Positions 48,711-61,527 of a DNA stretch of 64,000 nucleotides are shown here, piece after piece (position 1 is the stretch's first letter; each line of letters starts with the position of its first letter). Source of the stretch: Spironucleus salmonicida (Eukaryota); NCBI RefSeq assembly GCF_000497125.1, contig NC_090599.1, positions 806,001 through 870,000 on the forward strand, in the 5' to 3' direction. The translations under genes were made by a program, and so were the position numbers. Under the pieces are notes generated by a model. The model was not told the origin of the DNA, made no database searches, and saw only the letters and a program-made list of their open reading frames with translations.

Positions 48711-49505
48711 TCATTACTCTAAATTTTTTAATCGATGCTTCTTTTTTCTAGTGATACTAGGTTCACTGATACTGGACTCTAACATTTCATTTTCTTTTTG
48801 ATTAAAAATATTTTCAATTTAACATCGATCAGGAAAAGGAGTTAAGTATTCGCTAGGCTAATAGTCTGTTTAATTATCAATTTATGGCTGTGGAGGCATG
48901 TCATCTACAGCTGGAAAACTCTGTGGCGGTGGAGGCAGGTCATCTACAGCTGGAAAACTCTGTGGCGGTGGAGGCAGGTCATCTACAGCTGGAAAACTCT
49001 GTGGCGGTGGAGGCAGGTCATCTACAGCTGGAAAACTCTGTGGCGGTGGAGGCAGGTCATCTACAGCTGGAAAACTCTGTGGCGGTGGATGCAGGTCATC
49101 TACAGCTGGAAAACTCTGTGGCGGTGGAGGCAGGTCATCTACAGCTGGAAAACTCTGTGGCGGTGGATGCAGGTCATCTACAGCTGGAAAACTCTGTGGC
49201 GGTGGAGGCAGGTCATCTACAGCTGGAAAACTCTGTGGCGGTGGAGGCAGGTCATCTACAGCTGGAAAACTCTGTGGCGGTGGATGCAGGTCATCTACAG
49301 CTGGAAAACTCTGTGGCGGTGGAGGCAGGTCATCTACAGCTGGAAAACTCTGTGGCGGTGGATGCAGGTCATCTACAGCTGGAAAACTCTGTGGCGGTGG
49401 AGGGAAATTATGTGATTTAATTGATTTACTTGGTTACTAAATTTTGTTCTAAGGGACGATTTACTTATTCAATAAATTCCATGAAAAATCATATTTTCTG
49501 AACAT
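48711..49505 (-). CDS. Proline-rich repeat protein (264 aa) with 13 x [L/F][P/H]PPPQSFPAVDD
   Basis: AAAATG start MFRKYDFSWNLL; open through the 39-bp array to TGA 48711-48713 under TAR=Gln. Confidence 0.7.
48884..49402. repeat. 39-bp tandem repeat, 13 copies plus partial
   Basis: GTGGCGGTGGA(G/T)GCAGGTCATCTACAGCTGGAAAACTCT. Confidence 0.95.
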
Positions 49506-49573
49506 TTTAAATTTTTATTAAAATAGAGTATATATCTATCTTTAATTTAACGGTAAATTAATTGATAATAATT

Positions 49574-50833
49574 ATGCTTAACAGATACAGCAAAAAAGAA
49601 TATTTTAAGATGGAACATAAATAATTGACTAGCATACATGAGGAATTACAAATTTTTAGTTGCATTTAAGACAAAAAATATCATCTTTTGTGTAATAATT
49701 TGGTTTAATTTATCTAAGGATTTACGAAAGTTAACTTGTATGAGGACAACTCATTAATTTATAAAGGAAAAGTTAATATTAATTATTTATATAATCTGAT
49801 ATATTTTATAAATCTATTTTATGTATTAAGTACTATTTTAAACATATAATTACAATTATTAATTATATTTAATAGTAAAAATGACTCATTTGGTGTAGTC
49901 TTCCGTGCTCGCTCTCAAGATGGGCAGCACTTAGCAATCAAAAAAGTATTCCAAGACCGCAGGTATCGCAACCGTGAGCTATAGGTAATATAGCAGCTGT
50001 ATCCTCATGAATTTATAGTTAAAACAGTAAATTACTATTTCTCTACAGCGAACTCCCAGTAAAACGGATATTATCTGAATCTTATTATGTAGTACTATCC
50101 AGAAAACGCGTATCAAGTTTATCGTGGCTTTGCTAGGAACGGTAAGAAGCTTCAGCTTTCCGACATTAAGCTATACACCTATCAGTTCCTTCGGGGCCTC
50201 GCCTGGATGCACTGTTTCTAGGTCACAAACCGCGATCTTAAACCATAGAACACTTTAATTGATAGGTAGTCAGGAAGAGCTGTTCTTTGCGACCTTGGTT
50301 CTGCGAAGTAGCTCAACCCACAGGAACCCAACATCGCTTATATTTGTTCTCGCTACTATCGCGCGCCAGAGTTAGTCTTTGGCTCCCGCTTCTACAGTTG
50401 TGTTATCGATGTCTGGAGTTTTGCGTGCGTGGTTGCAGAGATGATGATAGGGAGACCTCTTTTCCCTGGTCAATCCCCAATCGACCAGCTGGTTGAGATA
50501 ATCAAGGTTCTTGGCCCTCCATCTTTAGTTGATCTGAAGAATATGAATCCATAACTGCGGGAGTATAATTTTCCAACCATCTAGACTACGCCTCTGGAGT
50601 AGGTGCTGGGCACCAACGATCCAGTCATCCTGGATTTCTTCAAGAACTGTCTCAGATACTCCCCAGGTCTTAGGTTTACCTGCTTCTAAGCCCTATAGCA
50701 CGAGTTCTTCGATGAGGTAAGGGCGAAGAGCACTGACGACAGGCTCTTCCAGTTCAACCAGACGGAGGTGGACCAGGCCCTCACCCAGGTGGGCGTGGCG
50801 GGCGTGAACAAGCTCAAGAACGGGAGGGTGTGA
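49574..50833 (+). CDS. Chimeric GSK3 (copy F): 104 unrelated residues fused to the kinase at SFGVV
   Basis: Kinase identity starts at 49886; the upstream AT-rich frame is open to ATG 49574. Confidence 0.6.
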
Positions 50834-50927
50834 ATGTTGCCTTTCACTTACTGCCTGGCTCCGGACCAGCGGCCTGCGTGCTGCCTCTACTCTACTCCAC
50901 TCCACTCCACTCGACCCTGGCCCTCGG

Positions 50928-51219
50928 CACGGGCGTCATCGTCAAGGGCTGCAACGTCGAGAATGCGGTCTCCCCCAACGGCGCCTGCGCCGAGAAGACG
51001 GCGATCGGCACCGCGGTCGCCCAGGGGCACCGCAACATCGTGGCGGTGGCGATCGTGACGAGGGACTCCGGGCTGCCCTGCGGCTCGTGCAGGCAGGTGC
51101 TGAACGAGTTCGGCGCGGACATGTGGTGCATCATGCTGAACGGCGCGGGCGAGGTCACGATGGAGATGCCGCTCACGCAGGTGCTCCCCCACGCCTTCGG
51201 CCCCAAGAACCTGCTCTGA
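50928..51219 (+). pseudogene. Cytidine deaminase 3' fragment (copy F)
   Basis: Copy C + 28888. Confidence 0.8.
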
Positions 51220-51267
51220 GCTGCTTCGTCACTGGATCTGGGCGCGCGGGACCCGGACTGGAGCCAG

Positions 51268-51340
51268 GCCGGTGTAGCTCAGTCGGTAGAGCACAGGACT
51301 CTTAATCCTGTGGTCGCGGGTTCGAGCCCCGTCACCGGTA
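51268..51340 (+). tRNA. tRNA-Lys(CTT), copy F
   Basis: Same sequence as copy A. Confidence 0.95.
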
Positions 51341-51415
51341 ATTTTGTCGCGGCGCACCCCACACGAGACACGCGCGGCAAACTGCAGTCTGGGGGAAATT
51401 GTAGTCTGGGCAAAT

Positions 51416-51498
51416 TGCATTCTGTGGGGCTCGAACCCACGCGGGATAAGTCCCATAACGGCCTTAACGTTACGCCTTAACCACTCGGCCAAAAATGC
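51416..51498 (-). tRNA. tRNA-Leu(AAG), copy F
   Basis: Same sequence as copy A. Confidence 0.92.
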
Positions 51499-51540
51499 AT
51501 GCCCTTCCGGGAGGACGCAGGCGCGCGCCGCCGGCCCACA

Positions 51541-51903
51541 ATGGAGGCCTCGCTCGCCGCCGCCCTGCTCGCCCAGGACCGCCGCCTCGCCTGCCTCGTC
51601 TTCGCGGTGTCGCTCGCGCTCGCCCTCCTGGGGCTGCTCACGCTCGACTTCGCGCTGGTCTCGCTGGCCGGCCTCGTGCTCCAGGTCGGCGTCGTCTTCT
51701 TCGTCGGCCTCGGCAACTTCCAGGCGTTTCTGCAGAGCCCGGAGCAGAAGCTCGCGTTCGCACTCATGATGCTGGGCGTCCTGGCCGCGCTGAACCACTA
51801 CGTCGTGGTGGGCAGCATCCTGGAGTGGGGCGCATTCCTCTACCTTTTCAGCCCCTTCAGGTCCCTCTTCAAGGCGGTGTTCCGGCTGGTGGCCGCGGGC
51901 TGA
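51541..51903 (+). CDS. GOT1: Got1-like protein (copy F)
   Basis: Same translation as copy C. Confidence 0.75.
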   Translation: MEASLAAALLAQDRRLACLVFAVSLALALLGLLTLDFALVSLAGLVLQVGVVFFVGLGNFQAFLQSPEQKLAFALMMLGVLAALNHYVVVGSILEWGAFLYLFSPFRSLFKAVFRLVAAG

Positions 51904-52189
51904 CCGCAGTAGTGAGAGGAACCGCGCTCACTCGCAGGCATGTGCTCCCGCCGAGGGCTAGCGGCGCAGGCAGTGCGAGGGGGCTGGGGACCGTGCCAGC
52001 AGCTTGCTACCATTACTACCGCGGAGCAGGGACCCATCCAAGCGGTTCGCCCCGGCACACGCTGGCTAGGGGTCCCGGAGTGGGGTGCGAGGCAGCTAGG
52101 ACGATCGCCGAGGGAGGCGTGGCACCGCGTACTGTGACGACGGCAGGCAGCGGGTAAGGCACGACCTCAGCACCGAAAGATAAAAATTC

Positions 52190-52639
52190 TCACTATACGA
52201 TAATGTTGTACCCGTTCTTGCGCACGCGCCTGAAGCCCCTGCAGTAGTAAACCCCGCCCAGGACTACCGCCAGGACGCTCAAGCTGGCAAGGACGAGCCA
52301 TATTATGATGAACACTGGCGATGTAAGGTCGTGCTTGCTTTCCGCGGAGACGGGAATCAGCAAGTTGCCGTAAAACCCGCTGGGCTGGTTCACCTCGACA
52401 TATATGTCATTCCCGGAACTCAGGAACGAAAAGCACGTCGGATCCTGGCAAATGAAGATAGTTGAGATTTTATTGCTTAGAGGAACAAGCTAATCCAAGA
52501 AAACATCAGCCTGTAAAGGGATACTGATAGTAAATGCTTCGTTTTATACATAATTACAATTTTTCACATCTATTTCAATGAAAATAGAGAGTGAGGAAAC
52601 GGAGGTTGTTCCTGTCAAGCAAGCAAGTAATGGCAGCAT
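52190..52639 (-). CDS. Small type I membrane protein (copy F)
   Basis: Copy C + 28888 with a few substitutions. Confidence 0.7.
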
Positions 52640-52917
52640 TCTGTGAGTTTCTAGTAATTATATATATCAATATTTTATATAAAATAATATAACCGATTGA
52701 TACAGTTTCAATGCATTATCGCAATAAATAACCTAATAAGAATAATAATATAGACTATATATAAATTTCTTAAATTAGAATAGGAATGTATATCACTCTT
52801 AGGAAGTTTTATATTGTTGTACAGTTTTACTTGAGCAACAAATAGGAGCTGTTGATCCTCATTTGATGTATTCTGCAGTTTATCCTAAAAGCAGGCTCAT
52901 CTTGCACCATTGGCTTA

Positions 52918-55900
52918 TCACTTCCCTTCGAAATCTTTTAGTTTTCGCTGAAGCTTATTTACCGTCTCCAGCAGCTTTTGCCGCGCCTAAATCCCAAATT
53001 CTTATCCGGTGTAGGTCAGGCATATATCATAATCCATTGCAAACTTCATAGCCTCATTCTCTGGAAAATCAGAACAGAAAAATCGATAGATATATGCAAA
53101 AAATCGCATTCCAGATTCTATGCGAATTTAGGTATTGTCTGACATTAAAAATGTGGTGAAGTCATCTTTAAGCTGGTTGGCGAGGTTGGCAATTTTATTT
53201 TATTTTATAATCTTCTTGCTGAAGAAAACATACCTTATTACTGTCAAAACATTAACATCCTCAAAAATAACGTCTGTATTGGCTATAATCTCTTGTATTT
53301 TAGTGATATCGATTTAGCTTTAGTTTTAGCCTTAGGCCTTAATTTTCTTAAGTTGCATTTCATAGTTCTTCATTTGCTCGGCATAAATCGAATTTTATGT
53401 CATTGCTGTGAGCAGTTTCGAATTCAGCTCATCCTTCTTCGCATTTATTTGAGATTAGAGAATCATATTTTGCGATGATAGATTGTTTATTTGCTAGTTC
53501 AACTAAGCAATCTCCATATCCTTCACGCTCATTTCGCGATGTTGAGACGTCAGCATCTGAGAACTTTGCATGGACTCATTGAGCTCTAATTTAGTCGAGT
53601 GGAGCTCTCGTTTTAGGGTGTCATTTTCACTTATTAAGGTGATCTAAGCGGCTAAGTCGGCCTTAAGTTTATCAACATTCTCATTCAAAACAACAATTTA
53701 TGCCTCCTGTGCCGATTTTATGTCCTGGATTTCTTTGCTTTTCGACGCATCTTACGCTTCCATTGACAGTTTTGCGTCTGAAATCTCTTATTACAGCTAA
53801 TTTATCAATAGGATATGCTAATTTTGCTAGTGTGCCAGTTAATTCTCCAATGAGAAAATTTCCTCCTAAAATGTATCATTTTACGTTTATAGTTATTAAA
53901 CTTGATCTTTTAATATACTATTAGCGTTTTCCTGGTTTTACAGATTCTGGTTAAGTAAATCTAGTTCACTGTTCTTGGAGCTTAGTATATCTTCAATTGC
54001 CGAATCCTTGCTTTCTTGCACAGACGCTATTATCTTTTCGCTTTCTTGCTGCTGGGTGGCCATCAAGTTGCGTAGCGTTTTCTCCTACTCTTAGAAAGAG
54101 ATTTCCCGCTCCGCGATGGCGGTTTTCGCAGTGGTGATTTGTTTCTGCAGCTCATTGAGAAGGTTCGTATGCTGCTGCTACATGTTATGGACCACCGACT
54201 CGTGTAACCCTACAGTGTTCTACAATACAAATTCATGATCCTGTTTTAATGCTAATATATTCGTCTAATGCGCATCTGTAAGTTCGGAAATTGTAATTGT
54301 ATTTAAATTTTTCAGCTTCTCAAGCTCAGCTTAGAAATTTTCCTAACTTACTTAAAGTTGCTAATACAGCTATTCTTAAATGTTTAGTAAAGAAGTTTTA
54401 GCTAGTGTAAGCTCACCCATAAGTTTATCCTCTGCTTCCTTATGAGCCTAATGCGCTGCCTACTGTTGTTCTGAAAGTTCTATCCTCTGTGCTTGATTTT
54501 GATCATTTGCTTTCTTTATCTGAAGAAGAAGTTCTTATTTCTACTATTCAAATTCCTAATTATCTAACTATCGCATTTCTCTAATTTGTACGATTTATGT
54601 ATTCAGTTCATTTTCTATTGAATGCTATGACTCAATTAAAGCTAATCTACTTTAAATTTCCATATCCAGTTTGGTCTCAAGTTAAGATTTCATATCATTA
54701 AATTTGTTCTTATCGATCTAGTTTTATACTGATTATTCTTCCGCTTGTTAGTTATATGCTTTCTTGATGGTTTCAATGTTTCCTTGTTCCTACTGTAGTT
54801 AAGTTTCTTTTTATTAAAGAAGCTTACTTTAAACTTCAGCTTAAATTTAAATTTCACATATTTATCTAGTATGTTCATCTAATAGTGTCTATGCCTATAA
54901 AAGTTTTGATCTAGACTAACTCAGTGCTTCATCACTTTCTTGCTGCTGGGTGGCCATCAAGTTGCGTAGCGTTTTCTCCTACTCTTAGAAAGAGATTTCC
55001 CGCTCCGCGATGGCGGTTTTCGCAGTGGTGATTTCTTTCTGCAGCTCATTGAGAAGGTTCGTATGCTGCTGCTACATGTTATGGACCACCGACTCGTGTA
55101 ACCCTACAGTGTTCTACAATACAAATTCATGATCCTGTTTTAATGCTAATATATTCGTCTAATGCGCATCTATAAGTTCGGAAATTGTAATTGTATTTAA
55201 ATTTTTCAGCTTCTCAAGCTCAGCTTAGAAATTTTCCTAACTTACTTAAAGTTGCTAATACAGCTATTCTTAAATGTTTAGTAAAGAAGTTTTAGCTAGT
55301 GTAAGCTCACCCATAAGTTTATCCTCTGCTTCCTTATGAGCCTAATGCGCTGCCTACTGTTGTTCTGAAAGTTCTATCCTCTGTGCTTGATTTTGATCAT
55401 TTGCTTTCTTTATCTGAAGAAGAAGTTCTTATTTCTACTATTCAAATTCCTAATTATCTAACTATCGCATTTCTCTAATTTGTACGATTTATGTATTCAG
55501 TTCATTTTCTATTGAATGCTATGACTCAATTAAAGCTAATCTACTTTAAATTTCCATATCCAGTTTGGTCTCAAGTTAAGATTTCATATCATTAAATTTG
55601 TTCTTATCGATCTAGTTTTATACTGATTATTCTTCCGCTTGTTAGTTATATGCTTTCTTGATGGTTTCAATGTTTCCTTGTTCCTACTGTAGTTAAGTTT
55701 CTTTTTATTAAAGAAGCTTACTTTAAACTTCAGCTTAAATTTAAATTTCACATATTTATCTAGTATGTTCATCTAATAGTGTCTATGCCTATAAAAGTTT
55801 TGATCTAGACTAACTCAGTGCTTCATCACTTTCTTGCTGCTGGGTGGCCATCAAGTTGCGTAGCGTTTTCTCCTACTCTTAGAAAGAGATTTCCCGCTCC

Positions 55901-58900
55901 GCGATGGCGGTTTTCGCAGTGGTGATTTCTTTCTGCAGCTCATTGAGAAGGTTCGTATGCTGCTGCTACATGTTATGGACCACCGACTCGTGTAACCCTA
56001 CAGTGTTCTACAATACAAATTCATGATCCTGTTTTAATGCTAATATATTCGTCTAATGCGCATCTGTAAGTTCGGAAATTGTAATTGTATTTAAATTTTT
56101 CAGCTTCTCAAGCTCAGCTTAGAAATTTTCCTAACTTACTTAAAGTTGCTAATACAGCTATTCTTAAATGTTTAGTAAAGAAGTTTTAGCTAGTGTAAGC
56201 TCACCCATAAGTTTATCCTCTGCTTCCTTATGAGCCTAATGCGCTGCCTACTGTTGTTCTGAAAGTTCTATCCTCTGTGCTTGATTTTGATCATTTGCTT
56301 TCTTTATCTGAAGAAGAAGTTCTTATTTCTACTATTCAAATTCCTAATTATCTAACTATCGCATTTCTCTAATTTGTACGATTTATGTATTCAGTTCATT
56401 TTCTATTGAATGCTATGACTCAATTAAAGCTAATCTACTTTAAATTTCCATATCCAGTTTGGTCTCAAGTTAAGATTTCATATCATTAAATTTGTTCTTA
56501 TCGATCTAGTTTTATACTGATTATTCTTCCGCTTGTTAGTTATATGCTTTCTTGATGGTTTCAATGTTTCCTTGTTCCTACTGTAGTTAAGTTTCTTTTT
56601 ATTAAAGAAGCTTACTTTAAACTTCAGCTTAAATTTAAATTTCACATATTTATCTAGTATGTTCATCTAATAGTGTCTATGCCTATAAAAGTTTTGATCT
56701 AGACTAACTCAGTGCTTCATCACTTTCTTGCTGCTGGGTGGCCATCAAGTTGCGTAGCGTTTTCTCCTACTCTTAGAAAGAGATTTCCCGCTCCGCGATG
56801 GCGGTTTTCGCAGTGGTGATTTCTTTCTGCAGCTCATTGAGAAGGTTCGTATGCTGCTGCTACATGTTATGGACCACCGACTCGTGTAACCCTACAGTGT
56901 TCTACAATACAAATTCATGATCCTGTTTTAATGCTAATATATTCGTCTAATGCGCATCTGTAAGTTCGGAAATTGTAATTGTATTTAAATTTTTCAGCTT
57001 CTCAAGCTCAGCTTAGAAATTTTCCTAACTTACTTAAAGTTGCTAATACAGCTATTCTTAAATGTTTAGTAAAGAAGTTTTAGCTAGTGTAAGCTCACCC
57101 ATAAGTTTATCCTCTGCTTCCTTATGAGCCTAATGCGCTGCCTACTGTTGTTCTGAAAGTTCTATCCTCTGTGCTTGATTTTGATCATTTGCTTTCTTTA
57201 TCTGAAGAAGAAGTTCTTATTTCTACTATTCAAATTCCTAATTATCTAACTATCGCATTTCTCTAATTTGTACGATTTATGTATTCAGTTCATTTTCTAT
57301 TGAATGCTATGACTCAATTAAAGCTAATCTACTTTAAATTTCCATATCCAGTTTGGTCTCAAGTTAAGATTTCATATCATTAAATTTGTTCTTATCGATC
57401 TAGTTTTATACTGATTATTCTTCCGCTTGTTAGTTATATGCTTTCTTGATGGTTTCAATGTTTCCTTGTTCCTACTGTAGTTAAGTTTCTTTTTATTAAA
57501 GAAGCTTACTTTAAACTTCAGCTTAAATTTAAATTTCACATATTTATCTAGTATGTTCATCTAATAGTGTCTATGCCTATAAAAGTTTTGATCTAGACTA
57601 ACTCAGTGCTTCATCACTTTCTTGCTGCTGGGTGGCCATCAAGTTGCGTAGCGTTTTCTCCTACTCTTAGAAAGAGATTTCCCGCTCCGCGATGGCGGTT
57701 TTCGCAGTGGTGATTTCTTTCTGCAGCTCATTGAGAAGGTTCGTATGCTGCTGCTACATGTTATGGACCACCGACTCGTGTAACCCTACAGTGTTCTACA
57801 ATACAAATTCATGATCCTGTTTTAATGCTAATATATTCGTCTAATGCGCATCTGTAAGTTCGGAAATTGTAATTGTATTTAAATTTTTCAGCTTCTCAAG
57901 CTCAGCTTAGAAATTTTCCTAACTTACTTAAAGTTGCTAATACAGCTATTCTTAAATGTTTAGTAAAGAAGTTTTAGCTAGTGTAAGCTCACCCATAAGT
58001 TTATCCTCTGCTTCCTTATGAGCCTAATGCGCTGCCTACTGTTGTTCTGAAAGTTCTATCCTCTGTGCTTGATTTTGATCATTTGCTTTCTTTATCTGAA
58101 GAAGAAGTTCTTATTTCTACTATTCAAATTCCTAATTATCTAACTATCGCATTTCTCTAATTTGTACGATTTATGTATTCAGTTCATTTTCTATTGAATG
58201 CTATGACTCAATTAAAGCTAATCTACTTTAAATTTCCATATCCAGTTTGGTCTCAAGTTAAGATTTCATATCATTAAATTTGTTCTTATCGATCTAGTTT
58301 TATACTGATTATTCTTCCGCTTGTTAGTTATATGCTTTCTTGATGGTTTCAATGTTTCCTTGTTCCTACTGTAGTTAAGTTTCTTTTTATTAAAGAAGCT
58401 TACTTTAAACTTCAGCTTAAATTTAAATTTCACATATTTATCTAGTATGTTCATCTAATAGTGTCTATGCCTATAAAAGTTTTGATCTAGACTAACTCAG
58501 TGCTTCATCACTTTCTTGCTGCTGGGTGGCCATCAAGTTGCGTAGCGTTTTCTCCTACTCTTAGAAAGAGATTTCCCGCTCCGCGATGGCGGTTTTCGCA
58601 GTGGTGATTTCTTTCTGCAGCTCATTGAGAAGGTTCGTATGCTGCTGCTACATGTTATGGACCACCGACTCGTGTAACCCTACAGTGTTCTACAATACAA
58701 ATTCATGATCCTGTTTTAATGCTAATATATTCGTCTAATGCGCATCTGTAAGTTCGGAAATTGTAATTGTATTTAAATTTTTCAGCTTCTCAAGCTCAGC
58801 TTAGAAATTTTCCTAACTTACTTAAAGTTGCTAATACAGCTATTCTTAAATGTTTAGTAAAGAAGTTTTAGCTAGTGTAAGCTCACCCATAAGTTTATCC

Positions 58901-61527
58901 TCTGCTTCCTTATGAGCCTAATGCGCTGCCTACTGTTGTTCTGAAAGTTCTATCCTCTGTGCTTGATTTTGATCATTTGCTTTCTTTATCTGAAGAAGAA
59001 GTTCTTATTTCTACTATTCAAATTCCTAATTATCTAACTATCGCATTTCTCTAATTTGTACGATTTATGTATTCAGTTCATTTTCTATTGAATGCTATGA
59101 CTCAATTAAAGCTAATCTACTTTAAATTTCCATATCCAGTTTGGTCTCAAGTTAAGATTTCATATCATTAAATTTGTTCTTATCGATCTAGTTTTATACT
59201 GATTATTCTTCCGCTTGTTAGTTATATGCTTTCTTGATGGTTTCAATGTTTCCTTGTTCCTACTGTAGTTAAGTTTCTTTTTATTAAAGAAGCTTACTTT
59301 AAACTTCAGCTTAAATTTAAATTTCACATATTTATCTAGTATGTTCATCTAATAGTGTCTATGCCTATAAAAGTTTTGATCTAGACTAACTCAGTGCTTC
59401 ATCACTTTCTTGCTGCTGGGTGGCCATCAAGTTGCGTAGCGTTTTCTCCTACTCTTAGAAAGAGATTTCCCGCTCCGCGATGGCGGTTTTCGCAGTGGTG
59501 ATTTCTTTCTGCAGCTCATTGAGAAGGTTCGTATACTGCTGCTACATGTTATGGACCACCGACTCGTGCGAATCTATTAAATTATCTCGATCTAAATGAT
59601 AATTTTCATCTAATTATGCGATATGTTTTTCAAAATCGTTTCTCGCGTTCTGGTATTTTTGAATATACTAGGTACCTTAGTCTTCATTCTACTTAATTAA
59701 ATCTTATATATAGTCTTTTAGTTATATGGTTTGATTCTTAAAATTTGTACTTTGTGTGATACTGGTTTCATACTCCTATTCACGCTTAATAAGATCTTGC
59801 TAACACGTTTTTAGCTAATTTTCCAATAAGGTTATACTATTTTACAAGTCATGCACCACTGAATTTTTGCATTCTTGATCTTCTTTAGCCGCCTGCATAT
59901 TAGTTGCATGTTCTGCTTTTAAGGCAGCAATCCCTGCCTCAAATTCAATCTTCTATGTTTTAATGTGGCCAGTAAGCTGATCTGCCTATTCTGAATGTTA
60001 TAACAGACGCTACTCGTTTATTTTAGCGTGCTCTTATCGCATTGCGTCAAAGTTTAACTACATCTACGTTAAGAATTGTTAGGTTTCCTCCTGAATTTAG
60101 AGCACTTTCTATTAGCCAGCCTATACTAATTTGTGACAACTTTTTTCTATCTATTTTATTTCGTCGACCAACTAGCAGTTCTCGATCATCAAGCCTTCTT
60201 TTTCCTTAATCGCATTGTCATACTTGAGGGCAAGATTTTACAAATTCTCGTGCTAAAATTGGCTCTCCTGCTCTGCAGCCTATAGTTTGTGGAGAACGGC
60301 TGCCTTACTTTCTAACAAATTCTGCTGCTCTAGCTTCACAATTTCCAGCAATTCGCTGACTCTGGCAGTTTCTGCACCTTAATGGTCTAAAAGGCCTTAT
60401 ACGGATTTTATTCTCGAATCTAACTCTATGGTCGACTGCAAGTAGTTCTGCTTCTCTAGATCGGACTGCTCCTAAAGTTATGCGATTTTACAAAGCAGAT
60501 TTTCTAGTTTTTCTTTGTGCGCCTTTTGCTGGAACTGTAGTTTATCGTCAGCAAACTTCAGCTCATTCTCCGAGTTCAGTATTGAGTTTTCCTACATTTT
60601 TTGCATCTGCGCTATTTCTTGCTACTGAAACTTCTGAAGGCTCTACTTCTCGGCTTCCCAATCTGCACTTAAACTTTGAATTTCGTCTTCGTGCTGTTTG
60701 ACCTTAGTATCCATGGCAGCTTGCGATTCCTAGAGCTCTTGCTAGCATACGATTTTTAACTTGCTCTAGATTTATCTTTCGATTTCCAGTTGCTCCTAAT
60801 ACTCCAATTCCATTTGTTTTGTCCTTTACGCGAACTACTCTTAAAACACACTTTATTTCTTGATTTACTGGTCGGCATCGACAGCTTTCGCATCTAGCTC
60901 GCTCTTCAATGCCTAGATTTCGCTGTTCAGCCGACTGACGACACTCTAAACCTCGCTCTGTTTTTCAATCTCAGCCGCCTTGAGCTAGGACCTGCTCTAT
61001 TTCATATGCAGCTTATTATTGTACTTCTCCGCTTTCAATTCCTTGGACATCTATGACAGTTCTTCTAACTGGCTTTTGACTTCGTTTTGCAGCTGCTTTT
61101 AGCAGTCTTGGAGACTAAGCTGTTCATGTTGAAGATGGCTGTTTTCATATTAGAAATTTTAGAGCTGTACATATTATTGTAAAGAAAACTCATAAAGGAC
61201 ATGATAATGTTCTTTTAGTATTTTGTAGCTTGTAAGGATAGATTTGTTCGATTCTGACAACTCAACAAATTTCTAAATGACTGAATCATCATTTAGTGAT
61301 TCTATTGCATATTAAACGATAGTAATAATATTTTAAATCTCCTGTTCGTCTGAAAGACTAACGTCTAAAAAAGATTTCAAAGTTTTTTATATTTTATTGA
61401 ATACAGCTTTATTTATATAGTTTATATGTGCATCTCTAGATATGAGCAGAGATTTATAGTTCTCAATCGAAATATCTTACTATCGTAGCTTTAGCTCATA
61501 GAAATTTTACCTTTTATCTGCAGACAT
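52918..61527 (-). CDS. Giant coiled-coil protein (~2869 aa) with six 298-aa tandem repeats
   Basis: One repeat unit and both ends were hand-translated and are TGA-free and coiled-coil-like. ATG 61527 (alternative 61641); AAGTGA stop. Confidence 0.8.
54041..59568. repeat. 894-bp tandem repeat, 6 copies + 164 bp
   Basis: Identical ORF marks recur every 894 bp (54690...59160). Confidence 0.97.

Noticed and set aside
48884-49440. Plus-strand repeat ORFs (VAVEAGHLQLENS, SSTAGKLCGGGG, QVIYSWKTLWRW)
   Set aside because: They begin at or inside the array. The minus frame has a proper start, unique flanks and a TGA stop. Not formally excluded.
12734-52639. Autonomous transposon or SINE explaining the cassette copies
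   Set aside because: No transposase or RT, no fixed termini, poly(A) tails or target-site duplications seen.
54690-59348. Six separate 62-aa genes (MNILDKY...)
   Set aside because: Alternative frame within the repeats of the giant coiled-coil CDS.
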